DNA of 64,000 nt from NCBI GenBank assembly GCA_965223705.1, contig OZ245015.1:2048001-2112000 (forward strand), written 5' to 3'. This document shows positions 20,021 to 32,693 of the stretch, one piece after another. Source of the stretch: Myxococcota bacterium. Lineage in GTDB: Bacteria; Myxococcota_A; UBA9160; UBA6930. Under the pieces are notes generated by a model. The model ran no database searches. It was given only the letters and a program-made list of their open reading frames with translations, and was not told the origin of the DNA. The position numbers were made by a program, and so were the translations under genes. Position 1 is the first letter of the stretch; the number at the start of each line of letters is the position of its first letter.

Positions 20021-21478
20021 GTGGCGACTGTGGAACCCGACGCCTCAAAACCCGCGCCGCGACCGAGCTTCTTCATTCGCACCTACGGCTGCCAGATGAA
20101 CGTTCACGACTCCGAGAAAGTCGCGAACCTGCTGCACCACGCGGGTTGGGAAGAGGCGTCGGAAGAGGAGCGCGCGGATCTCTTGCTGATCAACACGTGT
20201 TCGATCCGCGACAAGGCGGAACAACGTTTGTACAGCGACCTCGGCGCGCTTCGGAGCTGGAAAGCGGCGCGCCCGCGGCGGGCGATCGGAGTCGGTGGTT
20301 GTGTCGCGCAGCAAGAGGGCGACACGTTGCTGTCGCGCTTCGATCAACTCGACTTCGCCTTCGGCACGCACAACCTGCAGCGCGTCCCGCAGCTGGCCGA
20401 CGCTGCGGCGGCGGGTGGGCGCGAAGTCGCGACAGAAACGCGCAGCGACTTCGCGCGCTTCGATTTCCCCGAGCGCCACCCGGCCTTCCGCGACGCGTCG
20501 CCGGGCCGGGCCTTCGTCACCGTGATGGAGGGCTGCGACATGTTCTGCAGCTTCTGCATCGTGCCTCACACACGCGGTCGCGAAATCAGCCGACCGTGGC
20601 CCTCGATTGTCGAGGAAGTGACGCAGCTCGCCGCAGCCGGTGTTCGAGAAGTCACGTTGCTCGGTCAGACGGTGAACGCGTACGGTCGTCACGATCTGCG
20701 CCGGGGGCGGAGCGATGAGGCTGCGACCGTTCCGTTTGCGCAACTCGTTGCGCGAATTTCCGAGGTGCAGGGCATCGAGCGCATCCGCTACACGAGTCCG
20801 CACCCCGTTTTCTTCGATGATGAACTCGTCGCAGCCCACGCGAGCTTGCCCGCGCTGTGTCCCCACGTTCACCTGCCACTCCAGAGCGGATCGGATCGCG
20901 TGCTACGAGCCATGCGCCGTCGCTACGACGCGAAGCGCTTCCTGGAGATTGCCGCCGCACTGCGCGACTCGCGCGAAGACCTGGTGCTGACGAGCGACGT
21001 GATCGTCGGCTTTCCGGGTGAGACCGAAGCCGACTTTCGCGAGACCCTGAGCGCCGTCGAAGAAGCGGGGTTCGTCGACAGTTACTCCTTCAAGTACTCG
21101 CCGCGGCCGGGGACGCCCGCAGTCTCGGCGGAAAGCCCGGTCGCACCTCCAGAGGCTCAGCGGCGCCTCGAGGAGCTTCAAGCCCTCCAACGGTCCCTGA
21201 CACTCCGCTACCACCGATCTCGCGTGGGCGACGTTTGCGACGTTCTGCTGGTGGGAGAGAGCCGGCGCGGAGGCGGCCAGTGGCAGGGGCGAGATCCCTA
21301 CAATCGCGTCGTCAACGTCCAGGCCCCGGTCGAGGGGTTCGAGGCGGGCGCGGCCTGTTCGGTCGGAATTGTCGAGGCAACCCCCCACTCGCTGGTCGGC
21401 GAACTCACCGGTCAGTCCGGGTTCATGACCGCAGCCGAGCTGGCCGATGATAGGGTCCGGCTAGACGCTCGGACGTAG
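20021..21478 (+). CDS. miaB: tRNA-2-methylthio-N6-dimethylallyladenosine synthase MiaB
   Basis: TYGCQMNVHDSE, NTCSIR, GCVAQ, CDMFCSFC radical-SAM motif, YSPRPGT, C-terminal TRAM domain. Confidence 0.95.
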   Translation: MATVEPDASKPAPRPSFFIRTYGCQMNVHDSEKVANLLHHAGWEEASEEERADLLLINTCSIRDKAEQRLYSDLGALRSWKAARPRRAIGVGGCVAQQEGDTLLSRFDQLDFAFGTHNLQRVPQLADAAAAGGREVATETRSDFARFDFPERHPAFRDASPGRAFVTVMEGCDMFCSFCIVPHTRGREISRPWPSIVEEVTQLAAAGVREVTLLGQTVNAYGRHDLRRGRSDEAATVPFAQLVARISEVQGIERIRYTSPHPVFFDDELVAAHASLPALCPHVHLPLQSGSDRVLRAMRRRYDAKRFLEIAAALRDSREDLVLTSDVIVGFPGETEADFRETLSAVEEAGFVDSYSFKYSPRPGTPAVSAESPVAPPEAQRRLEELQALQRSLTLRYHRSRVGDVCDVLLVGESRRGGGQWQGRDPYNRVVNVQAPVEGFEAGAACSVGIVEATPHSLVGELTGQSGFMTAAELADDRVRLDART

Positions 21479-21497
21479 CGGCGATTTCGGGGGGGCA

Positions 21498-23234
21498 ATG
21501 CCCAAGACCCGCGTACTCGCGGTCGACGATCAACTGTATTTCCGCGTGTTTCTCGAGGACGTGTTGTCCCAAGAGGGGTACGCGGTCGCCACCGTTTCGT
21601 CGGTCGATGAAGCGATGGAAGTGCTCGGGAGAGACGAGTTCGAGGCCGTGGTCGCCGATCTGGCCATGCCGGATCAGGATCCCGCAGGGTGGGTCGCACG
21701 CCTGCGGGCGGCGGCGCCCCGCAGCGAGATCATCGTGGCGGCGAGCCCGGGTGACATGCACGCGGCCGCCGATGCGCTGAATGCCGGCGCCAGCGAGTAC
21801 GTGCAGAAGCCGCTCGATGCGAGAATCCTCCTGCGCACCCTGGCCGGCGTGTTCGAGCGCCGGCGCGTCGCCCAGGAGCATGAAGAGCTCGTCGCGGAGA
21901 ATCTCGACTACATGGGCACGTTCTCGCTCTACGAACGTGCGCTCTCGCTCTACGCGCACCGAGACCTCCACGTTCTTGCGGATCGGATCGTCGAGGGGCT
22001 CTGCATCGAGAGCAGCGCCCAAAGCGGACTGCTCTGGCTCGTCGACCGCGCGGACGAAGGGCAACTTCGCCTCACCGGAGTGCGCGGGCTGCTGCGCCCG
22101 GAAGACTTCCCCGACGAGATCCGAGCGCCGCTCGAGACCGTGGGCGAGGATCAACTGCAAATCCTTCTCCGAAACGGTGACGGGCTCGTCGGGGTGGCGC
22201 TCCTGTCCGACCCGGTCGACGACTCGGTCTTCCGAGTGGAAGGGGCCGGGGGCGCGCGCCGTTTCGCAGGACTCGTGAGCGGCGCGGTAGCGAACGCTGC
22301 GGCGTTTGGCCGGGAAGCCAGTCCCGGGCTGCACGACCCGCGGACCGAGACCTACAGCGCGGCCTACGTGGCGGATGCGGCGCGCAACGAGCTCGAGAAA
22401 GCGCAACGATTCGGTCGAAACTTCTGCATCATGCGGGCGAGCGTGTCGGGAGCGGGGGACGACCCGGCCCTGCTGCGCGACGTCGCGCGGGCCGCCAGCG
22501 AGACCCTCCGCGCCACGGACCTCTTGGGGACGGACGACGCGGGCCATCTGATGCTCCTCCTGCCGGAAACCCACGGGCTCGGCGCCGGGATTCTCAAACG
22601 GCGAATCCGGACCGCTCTCGACACGACCCTCCGGCAACGCACCGGTGGAGATCCTCCCGAGGCCGTGCTGGCTCACGCGGCCTTTCCGGGCGACGGGCGC
22701 TCTCTCGAGCAATTGCAGGAGAGCCTGGCACGCAACGCGGAGGAGGATCGCAGCAGTGCCCTCCATCGCGTCCGAGCCTCCGAGCGAACGTTTGGCGAGC
22801 TGCTCGACGATTTCGCCGAGGGCGCCATGGAAACGCCCCCGGAGTCCGCGGAGGAGCTGGTCCGGTTCCTGTTTCGAGAGCGCGCGCGCGTTCCCGGGCG
22901 TCGCGGCCTGCTGATGGTCGCGCCCAACCCGGCGGTTTCGGGCACGATCTTCCGCGGAATTGCCGACCTCCGCGGCGTCTCTTTGGAGGGGGACGTGGTC
23001 GTCGCCGTCGAGTCCTCAGACCCGCGGACCACGGGGGTTCCCGTGACGTGGGTCCCGCGCGAGAAGTTGGCGACGCGTCGCTCGTTTGTCCTCTACCACA
23101 GCGAGGGACCGTCCTACGGCCTCGTCTTCGACGATGACTCGGGGGGCACCGCGTTCCACAGCACGGACCGATCCTTCGTCGAACATCTCTGTTTCGAATT
23201 GGGCCGAGAACTCGGCCTGCAGGTCGCGGAATGA
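21498..23234 (+). CDS. Response regulator: REC + GAF-like + degenerate GGDEF + C-terminal sensor-like domain
   Basis: VLAVDD..ADLAMP..QKP receiver; HDPRTETYS..ELEKAQRFGR..LRATDLLGTDDAGHLMLLLPET GGDEF fold. Confidence 0.75.
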   Translation: MPKTRVLAVDDQLYFRVFLEDVLSQEGYAVATVSSVDEAMEVLGRDEFEAVVADLAMPDQDPAGWVARLRAAAPRSEIIVAASPGDMHAAADALNAGASEYVQKPLDARILLRTLAGVFERRRVAQEHEELVAENLDYMGTFSLYERALSLYAHRDLHVLADRIVEGLCIESSAQSGLLWLVDRADEGQLRLTGVRGLLRPEDFPDEIRAPLETVGEDQLQILLRNGDGLVGVALLSDPVDDSVFRVEGAGGARRFAGLVSGAVANAAAFGREASPGLHDPRTETYSAAYVADAARNELEKAQRFGRNFCIMRASVSGAGDDPALLRDVARAASETLRATDLLGTDDAGHLMLLLPETHGLGAGILKRRIRTALDTTLRQRTGGDPPEAVLAHAAFPGDGRSLEQLQESLARNAEEDRSSALHRVRASERTFGELLDDFAEGAMETPPESAEELVRFLFRERARVPGRRGLLMVAPNPAVSGTIFRGIADLRGVSLEGDVVVAVESSDPRTTGVPVTWVPREKLATRRSFVLYHSEGPSYGLVFDDDSGGTAFHSTDRSFVEHLCFELGRELGLQVAE

Positions 23235-24772
23235 GTGAAACCAACGGAGCGACGACCCTGGGCACGGTTCTCGTGGCAGATCCGGATGCCGAGCGCGCGG
23301 AAGCGCTATCGGAGACGTTGTCGGAGCGCGGCTTTACCGTGAAGACGTCCGCGGACGGCGCGGCGGCGCTCGAATCCGCGTTGACGGAGATTCCCGACGC
23401 GGTCTTGATCGCACCGGATCTCGGAGTGATCGATCCGCCCACACTCGCAACGCTACTGCGCGCGAACCCGAGGACTCAGCGGAGCCGTCGCGTCTTTCTC
23501 GGAGAGACCCTGCCCGACGCAGGCGGAGCCTTCGACGATCATCGCAATCCCGAAACCGACGAAACGCCGCTCGCCGATTGGCTGATCGGAGTGGTGTCCG
23601 AGGAAGCGCGCGTCGAGGCGACCTGGCAGAAGCCGGAGTCGCCCCGTGAGGTGGAGGGCCAGCTCACCCAGATCGCGTTGACCGATCTCCTGGAACTCTT
23701 CCACGCGAATCGTCGGACCGGGCGTGTCGAACTGACCCGACCGGGTGGGGGCGGCCGCGAGGAGTTCGGAACCATCTGGCTGCGCGACGGCCAGCCTCTC
23801 GAAGCGAAGTCCGGCGCGGTCGACGGCGAGAAGGCGCTTTTCCGGCTGTTGACGTGGACGGAAGGTCACTTCGCGTTCGCTCCCGAAGACGTCGTTGTCG
23901 TGCCCCGGATATCGACACCTCTGCGCGGCCTCCTGATGGAAGCGATGCGGCAGTTCGACGAGTGGGAGCGCCAACGCAGCGAACTCCCACCTCTCGACGC
24001 GCGCGTCAAATTGAGGATCCCGCGGGACGAGCTGCCCAACGTGGTGCAGCCCATCACCCAAGAGGTCCTCTTACTGCTCGAGTTGTACGACCGGGTGCGA
24101 GACATCGTCGACCAGTGCGAGCACCCCGATTACCAGGTGCTGCGCACGCTTCAGGCCCTGGTCGATCGCGAACTGGTCGAACTCAAGCTCGATCCCTACG
24201 GCAGCACGGCTCCCGAGCTCGGTGAAGGGCTCTTGGGACCCGAGGAAGTGGGCCGCCTCAGCGCATGGTTGCGCGAAGGTGAGCGGCAACACCGCGGGAA
24301 GCTCGTCGTGGTCGCGGCCAGCACTGAGGCGTTGGCGGATTTCCTGTCGGTCGCGGCATCGCTCCCCGGAGCTGCTCTGTCCGGCGAAGTGGACGACGGT
24401 GGCGGGGTCCTGTGGGAGCGTCTCATGCCCCTGGGATCTCTCACTCTCGACCGCGAACTCGAGATCGAGCTCTGGCACGTGCCGATTCACGAGCGCTACC
24501 GCCCGGTGTGGCCGCTCGTCACCTGGGGGGCACTCGGAGCGGTTCTGGTCTCGCACAACGGCGTGTCGGTCGAATCGCTCGAGCCGTTTCGGGATGACCT
24601 CGGCGCGAACGGCGCGGTTCGCCTGTTTCACGTCGACCTCGCCAGTGAGAAGGACAACAGCGAAGGCGGTGCGCACGCCCTCGAGGGTACGCAGTCGGTC
24701 TCCTTGCCGTTGGAAGCCCCGGCGCCGCTCGAGCAAGAACTGCACGCATTGATTCACCGGTTGGTGCCTTAG
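23231..24772 (+). CDS. Pseudo-receiver + DUF4388 + degenerate small-GTPase-like domain protein
   Basis: LVADPD receiver-like N-terminus; DUF4388 pattern GQL...LTDLLELFHANRRTG...GEKALFRLLTWTEGHFAF...LLMEAMRQFDE; C-terminal LWHVP..ERYRPVW....GALGAVLV. Confidence 0.75.
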   Translation: MSETNGATTLGTVLVADPDAERAEALSETLSERGFTVKTSADGAAALESALTEIPDAVLIAPDLGVIDPPTLATLLRANPRTQRSRRVFLGETLPDAGGAFDDHRNPETDETPLADWLIGVVSEEARVEATWQKPESPREVEGQLTQIALTDLLELFHANRRTGRVELTRPGGGGREEFGTIWLRDGQPLEAKSGAVDGEKALFRLLTWTEGHFAFAPEDVVVVPRISTPLRGLLMEAMRQFDEWERQRSELPPLDARVKLRIPRDELPNVVQPITQEVLLLLELYDRVRDIVDQCEHPDYQVLRTLQALVDRELVELKLDPYGSTAPELGEGLLGPEEVGRLSAWLREGERQHRGKLVVVAASTEALADFLSVAASLPGAALSGEVDDGGGVLWERLMPLGSLTLDRELEIELWHVPIHERYRPVWPLVTWGALGAVLVSHNGVSVESLEPFRDDLGANGAVRLFHVDLASEKDNSEGGAHALEGTQSVSLPLEAPAPLEQELHALIHRLVP

Positions 24773-24774
24773 TC

Positions 24775-26785
<2,011 letters not shown>

Positions 26786-26841
26786 ACCGTCGGCTGGCGA
26801 CGGGTAGGAACATCCGGGCAACCGGGGGAGTGAGGCGGTCG

Positions 26842-28392
26842 GTGACGTCACGGGCGCGAGAGCGGATCCTTATCCTCGATTTTGGATCGCAGTACACCCA
26901 GCTCATCGCTAGGCGCATTCGCGAAGGCCAGGTGTATTGCGAGATTCATCCGCCGGGGATCTCCGTCGATGAAGTTCGCACCTTTGCGCCCGCTGGCATC
27001 GTGCTCTCCGGCGGTCCCGCCAGTGTCTTCGCGCCCGGCGCGCCACAGCCGGATCCGAAGCTCCTCGAGCTGGGAATCCCCGTACTCGGCATCTGCTACG
27101 GGTTTCAGTGGCTCGCCCAGCAGCTGGGCGGTGTCGTCGAACCCGCCGGCGCCCACGAGTACGGCGCTGCTGAGGTCCGCATAGAGCGAGAAGATTCCCT
27201 GTTTCAAGGGTTTACATCTCAAAATCTAAAAGTTTGGATGAGCCATGGCGACGTCGTGCGGCAACTGCCCACGGGTTTTCAGGTGCTCGCGACGAGCGAC
27301 GCTTCGCCGTTCGCGGCGGTGCGTCACGCCGAGCGACCGATCTACGGCCTCCAGTTTCATCCCGAGGTCGTCCACACCGAGAACGGCAAACGGTTGCTCG
27401 ACAACTTCTCGCGAACGATCAGCGGCTGCCCGGCGACGTGGAACATGGGCGCGTTCGTATCCTCTGCGGTCGATGCGATCCGCGAACAAGTGGGAGACAG
27501 CCGCGTCGTATGCGGCTTGTCCGGCGGCGTTGATTCGTCGGTCGCCGCCGCGTTGGTACACCGAGCGATCGGCGACCGCTTGACGTGCATCTTCGTCGAT
27601 CACGGACTGCTGCGCGCCGGCGAGCGAGAAGAAGTCGAGGAGACGTTCCGGGACCACTTGTCGGTGCCGCTGGTGACCGTCGACGCCGCCGAGACGTTTC
27701 TCGAAGCGCTCGCGGGGATCGAAGACCCCGAAGAGAAGCGCAAGCGCATCGGACATCGCTTCATCGACGTGTTCGATCGCGAGGCCGAGCGCTTGGGGGA
27801 AGTGCAATTTCTCGTTCAGGGCACCCTCTACCCGGACGTGATCGAGAGCGTCTCGGTGCGCGGGCCGTCGGCGACGATCAAGACCCACCACAACGTCGGC
27901 GGGCTGCCGGAGACGATGAAGCTCGACCTCGTCGAGCCGCTCCGCGAGCTTTTCAAGGACGAAGTGCGCGAGGCCGGTCGCCAGTTGGGGCTGCCGGAGC
28001 GTATGGTCGGCCGCCATCCGTTCCCCGGTCCGGGGCTCGCCATTCGGATTCTCGGCGAAGTCACGCCCGAGCGACTCGAGATGCTGCGCCGCGCCGACGC
28101 GATCTTCCTCGACGAGCTTCGCGCAGGAGGCCTCTACGACGAGGTGTGGCAGGCCTTCGCGGTGTTCCTGCCGATCCGCAGCGTCGGGGTGATGGGGGAC
28201 GGTCGAACCTACGAGAACACGATCGCGCTGCGCGCGGTCAGCTCGACGGACGCCATGACGGCGGACTGGTCGCGCTTGCCGGCCGAGCTCCTCGCTCGGG
28301 CGTCGGGCCGCATCACGAACGAGGTGCGCGGCGTGAATCGCGTCGTGTACGACATCTCGTCGAAACCGCCCGCGACGATCGAGTGGGAGTGA
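26842..28392 (+). CDS. guaA: GMP synthase (glutamine-hydrolysing)
   Basis: [39 protein letters not shown]; alternative start at 26830. Confidence 0.97.
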   Translation: MTSRARERILILDFGSQYTQLIARRIREGQVYCEIHPPGISVDEVRTFAPAGIVLSGGPASVFAPGAPQPDPKLLELGIPVLGICYGFQWLAQQLGGVVEPAGAHEYGAAEVRIEREDSLFQGFTSQNLKVWMSHGDVVRQLPTGFQVLATSDASPFAAVRHAERPIYGLQFHPEVVHTENGKRLLDNFSRTISGCPATWNMGAFVSSAVDAIREQVGDSRVVCGLSGGVDSSVAAALVHRAIGDRLTCIFVDHGLLRAGEREEVEETFRDHLSVPLVTVDAAETFLEALAGIEDPEEKRKRIGHRFIDVFDREAERLGEVQFLVQGTLYPDVIESVSVRGPSATIKTHHNVGGLPETMKLDLVEPLRELFKDEVREAGRQLGLPERMVGRHPFPGPGLAIRILGEVTPERLEMLRRADAIFLDELRAGGLYDEVWQAFAVFLPIRSVGVMGDGRTYENTIALRAVSSTDAMTADWSRLPAELLARASGRITNEVRGVNRVVYDISSKPPATIEWE

Positions 28393-28394
28393 GC

Positions 28395-31300
28395 GTGGCC
28401 TCCTCGCCTTTCGTTCACCTCCATCTCCACACGCAGTATTCGCTCCTCGACGGCGCGATCAAGCACAACCCGCTCTTTGAACGCGTCAAGGCGCTCGGAA
28501 TGCCGGCGATCGCCATGACCGATCACGGCAACATGTTCGGTGCGGTCGAGTTCTACGAGAAAGCACGCGCGAACGGCGTGAAGCCCATCATGGGCTGCGA
28601 AGTCTACCTGGCCGCGGGCTCGCGACTCGACAAGGAGCGCCGCGAACGAGACGACAGCGGCTTCGACGCGATCAGCCATCTGTTGCTCCTCGCGATGAAC
28701 GAGACGGGCTATCGCAACCTGATCTACCTCGTGTCGAAGGCCTACCTCGACGGCTTCTACTACAAGCCGCGGATCGACATGGACCTGCTGCGGGAGCACC
28801 ACGAAGGGCTCATCGCGACTTCGGGCTGCCTGTCGTCCCTGGTGAACCGCGCGATCGTGGGCGGCCAGACGGAGCGCGCCTGGGAGCTCGTGCAGGATTT
28901 CTCGCGGTTGTTCGGCGATCGGTACTACCTCGAGCTGCAGCGCCACGGCATTCCGGAGCAGGATCTCGTCAATGCGGAGCTCCTCAAGATGGCGTCCGAC
29001 CTCCGGCTGCCGCTGCTCGCGACGAATGACGCGCACTATCTCGAGCACGACGACCACCACCACCACGAAGCGCTCTTGTGCATCGGTACAGGGAGCCAAC
29101 TCTCGGATCCGGGGCGCTTCCGCTTCACCGGTCAGGGCTTCTTCGTAAAGTCCGGCGACGAGATGCGGGAAGTCTTCCACGACCATCCGTCGGCGGTCGA
29201 AAACAGCCTTGTGATCGCCGAGCGCTGCGACGTCGAAATTCCGATGGGCACCTACCACATGCCCGACTTCCAGGTGCCGGCCGGAACAACGCGCGAGGCG
29301 GTGCTCGAGTCGGACTCCTGGACCGGCCTTCGCGAACGACTCGGTCGAGCGCCCGACGAGCCGTTCGGCAAAGCCGATGCACCCTACATCGAGCGGATGA
29401 ATCACGAGCTCTCGGTCATCAAATCGATGGGCTTTGCGGGTTACTTCCTCATCGTCGCGGACTTCATCGGTCACGCGCGTTCGAAGGGCATCCCGGTCGG
29501 CCCCGGTCGCGGTTCTTCGGCGGGTAGCTTGGTGGCGTATAGCCTGGGGATCACGGGCGTCGATCCCATCGAGTACGACATCATTTTCGAGCGTTTCCTG
29601 AACCCCGAACGCGTCTCGATGCCGGATATCGACGTCGATTTCTGCATGCGCCGCCGCGACGAAGTGATCCGCTACGTCGCCGATCTCTACGACGAGCCCG
29701 GGGACGAGGGCCGTCGCGTCTCGCAGATCATCACGTTCGGCAAGCTGCAGGCGCGGGCGGTGATCCGAGACGTCGGCCGCGTCATGGGGATGCCGTACGG
29801 CGACGTCGACCGAATCGCAAAACTCGTTCCCGATACGATCGGTATCTCGCTCGACGAGGCGCTCCAGCAGAGTCCCGAGCTTCGGGCGCGTGTCGAAGGT
29901 GACGGCGAGATCGCGCAGCTGCTCGAAACGGCCCGCCGCCTCGAAGGTCTGACGCGCCACGCATCGACCCACGCGGCCGGGCTCGTGATCGGGACGCAGC
30001 CGCTCATCGAAACCGTTCCGCTGTATCGCGACGCGCGCTCGGGCGACGTGATGAGTCAATGGGACATGCGGGCGGTCGAACAGGTCGGTCTCATCAAGTT
30101 CGACTTCCTCGGCTTGAAGACCTTGACCGTGTTGTCCGATTGCGAAGCGCGTCTGCGCGCGAGCGGCCTCGAGGATTTCCGCGTCGAGGCCATCGATCTC
30201 GGCGACGAAGCGACCTACGACCTCCTTTGCCGGGGCGACACCGAAGGCGTGTTCCAGGTCGAGAGCGCGGGGATGACGGAACTCGTGGTGAAGCTCAAGC
30301 CGCGCCACTTCAAAGAGATCATTCCGCTCGTCGCCCTGTACCGGCCGGGACCGCTCGGCTCGGGAATGGTGGACGACTACGTGAGCCGGAAGCACGGCTT
30401 GACGAAAGTCGAGTACCTCCTCCCCGAGCTCGAGGAGCTCACGGCCGAAACCCTCGGTGTCATCGTCTACCAGGATCAGGTGTTGCAGATCGCGAACCGC
30501 CTCGCGGGCTATAGCCTGGGAGACGCGGATCTCCTGCGGCGCGCCATGGGCAAGAAGAAGCCCGAGGAGATGGCGAAGCACCAGGAGCGGTTTGTCGCAG
30601 GCGCGACGGAACGCGGCGTTTCACGCAGTGCGGCGGAGCGCATTTTCAGCTTGATGGCCGAGTTCGCCGGCTATGGGTTCCCGAAAGCGCATTCGACGGC
30701 GTACGCGCTGATCACGTATCAGACGGCATACCTGAAGGCGAATCACCCGCGCGAGTACTTCGCGGCGCTGCTGTCGATCGAAGCGGGCAACCACGACAAG
30801 CTCGCACGCTACATCGCCCATACGCGCGAGCAGAAGATCCAGGTGTTGCCCCCGGACTTGAACGAGTCGGATCGCGACTTCACCGTCGCGCCGGAAGGCA
30901 TCCGTTTCGGCTTTGCGGGCATCAAGAACGTCGGTGCGGGAGCCGTCGAGGCAATCCTCTCCGCCCGCACCGACGGCGGCGAGTTTCTCGATCTCTACGA
31001 TTTCTGTCGGCGCGTCGATGCACGCCGCGTGAACCGGCGTGTCGTCGAGAGCCTCGTGCGTTGCGGGACGTTCGATTCGCTCCACCCCGAACGCGCCGCC
31101 GTGTGGGCGGCCCTCGACGGGGCGCTCGAGAGCGGCGCGGCGGCACAGCGCGACCGTGAGCTCGGCCAGGAGAACTTGTTTGCGGGGCTCGTGACGGACA
31201 CCGACGAACCGGTCGAGTTACCGCCCGCGCCAGCGTGGACCGAGACCGAGCGACTGGCCCACGAAAAGGAGGTCTTGGGCTTCTACGTCACCGGACACCC

Positions 31301-31895
31301 CTTAGAAGCCGTGGCGTCCCAGCTGTCTCGGCTCACCGACACGCGCGCCACCACCGCGGAAGAGCGCGCCGGTCGCGACGCGCGTATCGGCGGCGTGCTG
31401 ACTTCGCTCCGAGAGACGCGCACCCGGCGCGGGCAGGCGATGGCTTTCGGGACCCTCGAAGATCTCGAGGGGAGCTTCGATCTCGTGATCTTCTCCGAGC
31501 CCTTTGCGCGTCTCCGCCCCTTGCTGACAGGTGCCATCGACACGACCGAGGGCCGGGTCCTCCCGTTGATCCTCGCCGGGACGCTCGAGGCAGGGGACCC
31601 GCCGAAACTGTTGGTCCGAGACGGCTGGGAGCTTTCAACGGCGGAAGAGAAGCTCGCGACGACGCTTCGGGTCCGGCTGCCGGTGGCCGATGTATCGAAA
31701 GATCGTTTACTCGCGCTGCGCGGCCTGTTGGAGGAGCATCGCGGGGATTGCGATGTTGTGGTGCACCTGGTCATTCCGGGAGAAAGCGAGACGGTGATGT
31801 CCCTACCGGACGCGATGGCGGTCGACGCGAGCGAAGGCCTGCGTCGATCGATCGATGGGCTCTTCGGTCGGCCCGTGACGGAGCTCGCTCAGTGA
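28395..31895 (+). CDS. dnaE: DNA polymerase III alpha subunit
   Basis: HLHLHTQYSLLDG PHP domain, GRGSSAGS, PDIDVD, KFDFLGL, OB fold; alternative start at 28389. Confidence 0.97.
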   Translation: MASSPFVHLHLHTQYSLLDGAIKHNPLFERVKALGMPAIAMTDHGNMFGAVEFYEKARANGVKPIMGCEVYLAAGSRLDKERRERDDSGFDAISHLLLLAMNETGYRNLIYLVSKAYLDGFYYKPRIDMDLLREHHEGLIATSGCLSSLVNRAIVGGQTERAWELVQDFSRLFGDRYYLELQRHGIPEQDLVNAELLKMASDLRLPLLATNDAHYLEHDDHHHHEALLCIGTGSQLSDPGRFRFTGQGFFVKSGDEMREVFHDHPSAVENSLVIAERCDVEIPMGTYHMPDFQVPAGTTREAVLESDSWTGLRERLGRAPDEPFGKADAPYIERMNHELSVIKSMGFAGYFLIVADFIGHARSKGIPVGPGRGSSAGSLVAYSLGITGVDPIEYDIIFERFLNPERVSMPDIDVDFCMRRRDEVIRYVADLYDEPGDEGRRVSQIITFGKLQARAVIRDVGRVMGMPYGDVDRIAKLVPDTIGISLDEALQQSPELRARVEGDGEIAQLLETARRLEGLTRHASTHAAGLVIGTQPLIETVPLYRDARSGDVMSQWDMRAVEQVGLIKFDFLGLKTLTVLSDCEARLRASGLEDFRVEAIDLGDEATYDLLCRGDTEGVFQVESAGMTELVVKLKPRHFKEIIPLVALYRPGPLGSGMVDDYVSRKHGLTKVEYLLPELEELTAETLGVIVYQDQVLQIANRLAGYSLGDADLLRRAMGKKKPEEMAKHQERFVAGATERGVSRSAAERIFSLMAEFAGYGFPKAHSTAYALITYQTAYLKANHPREYFAALLSIEAGNHDKLARYIAHTREQKIQVLPPDLNESDRDFTVAPEGIRFGFAGIKNVGAGAVEAILSARTDGGEFLDLYDFCRRVDARRVNRRVVESLVRCGTFDSLHPERAAVWAALDGALESGAAAQRDRELGQENLFAGLVTDTDEPVELPPAPAWTETERLAHEKEVLGFYVTGHPLEAVASQLSRLTDTRATTAEERAGRDARIGGVLTSLRETRTRRGQAMAFGTLEDLEGSFDLVIFSEPFARLRPLLTGAIDTTEGRVLPLILAGTLEAGDPPKLLVRDGWELSTAEEKLATTLRVRLPVADVSKDRLLALRGLLEEHRGDCDVVVHLVIPGESETVMSLPDAMAVDASEGLRRSIDGLFGRPVTELAQ

Positions 31896-32614
31896 GCGGG
31901 CGCGCTCGAACGCTCGCCCTGGGGGTCGCACTCCTTTTCCTCGTCGTACCGCGGGTCGCTGCTCACGCGGAGATTCAGCGCCTTCAGGTTACGGGAGCTG
32001 CGCCGGCGCGCGACGGGGCGAGCGGCGCGCCGCGCGCCGCGGCGCTGGCTGCCGCGATCGAGGAGGGCGTTCTGCGGGTCGCGAGCAAACTCTTGGACGG
32101 CGACACCGCGCGGCTGGTGGAAGCCGAGGGAGAGCTCAAGGAGCGCCTCGACGAGTTCGCCGTCCGCTACCGGATCCTCGAAGATCGCGGCGAGCGGCGC
32201 GCGCTGCTCATCGCGGATCCGGACGTGACGCACGAGTACGTGGTCGAAGCCGAGGTCCACGTCGACGCGGGACGCTTGCGCGACGCGATGGTGGCGCGCG
32301 GTTGGCTCGAGCCCCGGGAGCTCGGTCCCTCCGCGACGTATGAGCTGACGATCGCCGCGCCGGTCCCGTACCGCGTCTTTGCCGCGTTTATCGAAACCTT
32401 GGCCGCCGACCGGGAGGTGCGAAGCGCAACGCCCTCGGTGCTGCGGCGGGACGAGTTCCGGGTCCACGTCGACAGCACGTTGTCGCCGCGCCAGCTCGTG
32501 GCCGGCGTGCGAGGGGAATTAGCGGCGAGGGGCGTCGAGGTCGCGTCCGCCACGCCTTGGAACGATTCGCTCCGGATCACCTTGCGGGACGCTCCCGAGC
32601 TGCAGGTCGATTGA
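31892..32614 (+). CDS. Hypothetical exported protein
   Basis: GTG overlaps the dnaE stop; signal peptide (RARTLALGVALLFLVVPRVAAHA); typical codon usage. Confidence 0.7.
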   Translation: MSGRARTLALGVALLFLVVPRVAAHAEIQRLQVTGAAPARDGASGAPRAAALAAAIEEGVLRVASKLLDGDTARLVEAEGELKERLDEFAVRYRILEDRGERRALLIADPDVTHEYVVEAEVHVDAGRLRDAMVARGWLEPRELGPSATYELTIAAPVPYRVFAAFIETLAADREVRSATPSVLRRDEFRVHVDSTLSPRQLVAGVRGELAARGVEVASATPWNDSLRITLRDAPELQVD

Positions 32615-32642
32615 ACCCGACGATGCCTCCCACGGGTCTCGA

Positions 32643-32671
32643 TTGACACAGATAATCTGAAACGTTATTGA
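32643..32671 (+). promoter_or_regulatory. Sigma70-like promoter for tRNA-Val/thrS
   Basis: TTGACA-N17-TATTGA in an AT-rich patch just upstream of the tRNA. Confidence 0.5.
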
Positions 32672-32693
32672 TTCCGGCCTGTTAGGCCAACTT

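Noticed and set aside
27585..28388. N-terminal extension of DnaE in the ORF track
   Set aside because: Off-frame overlap with guaA; the PHP domain begins just after 28395
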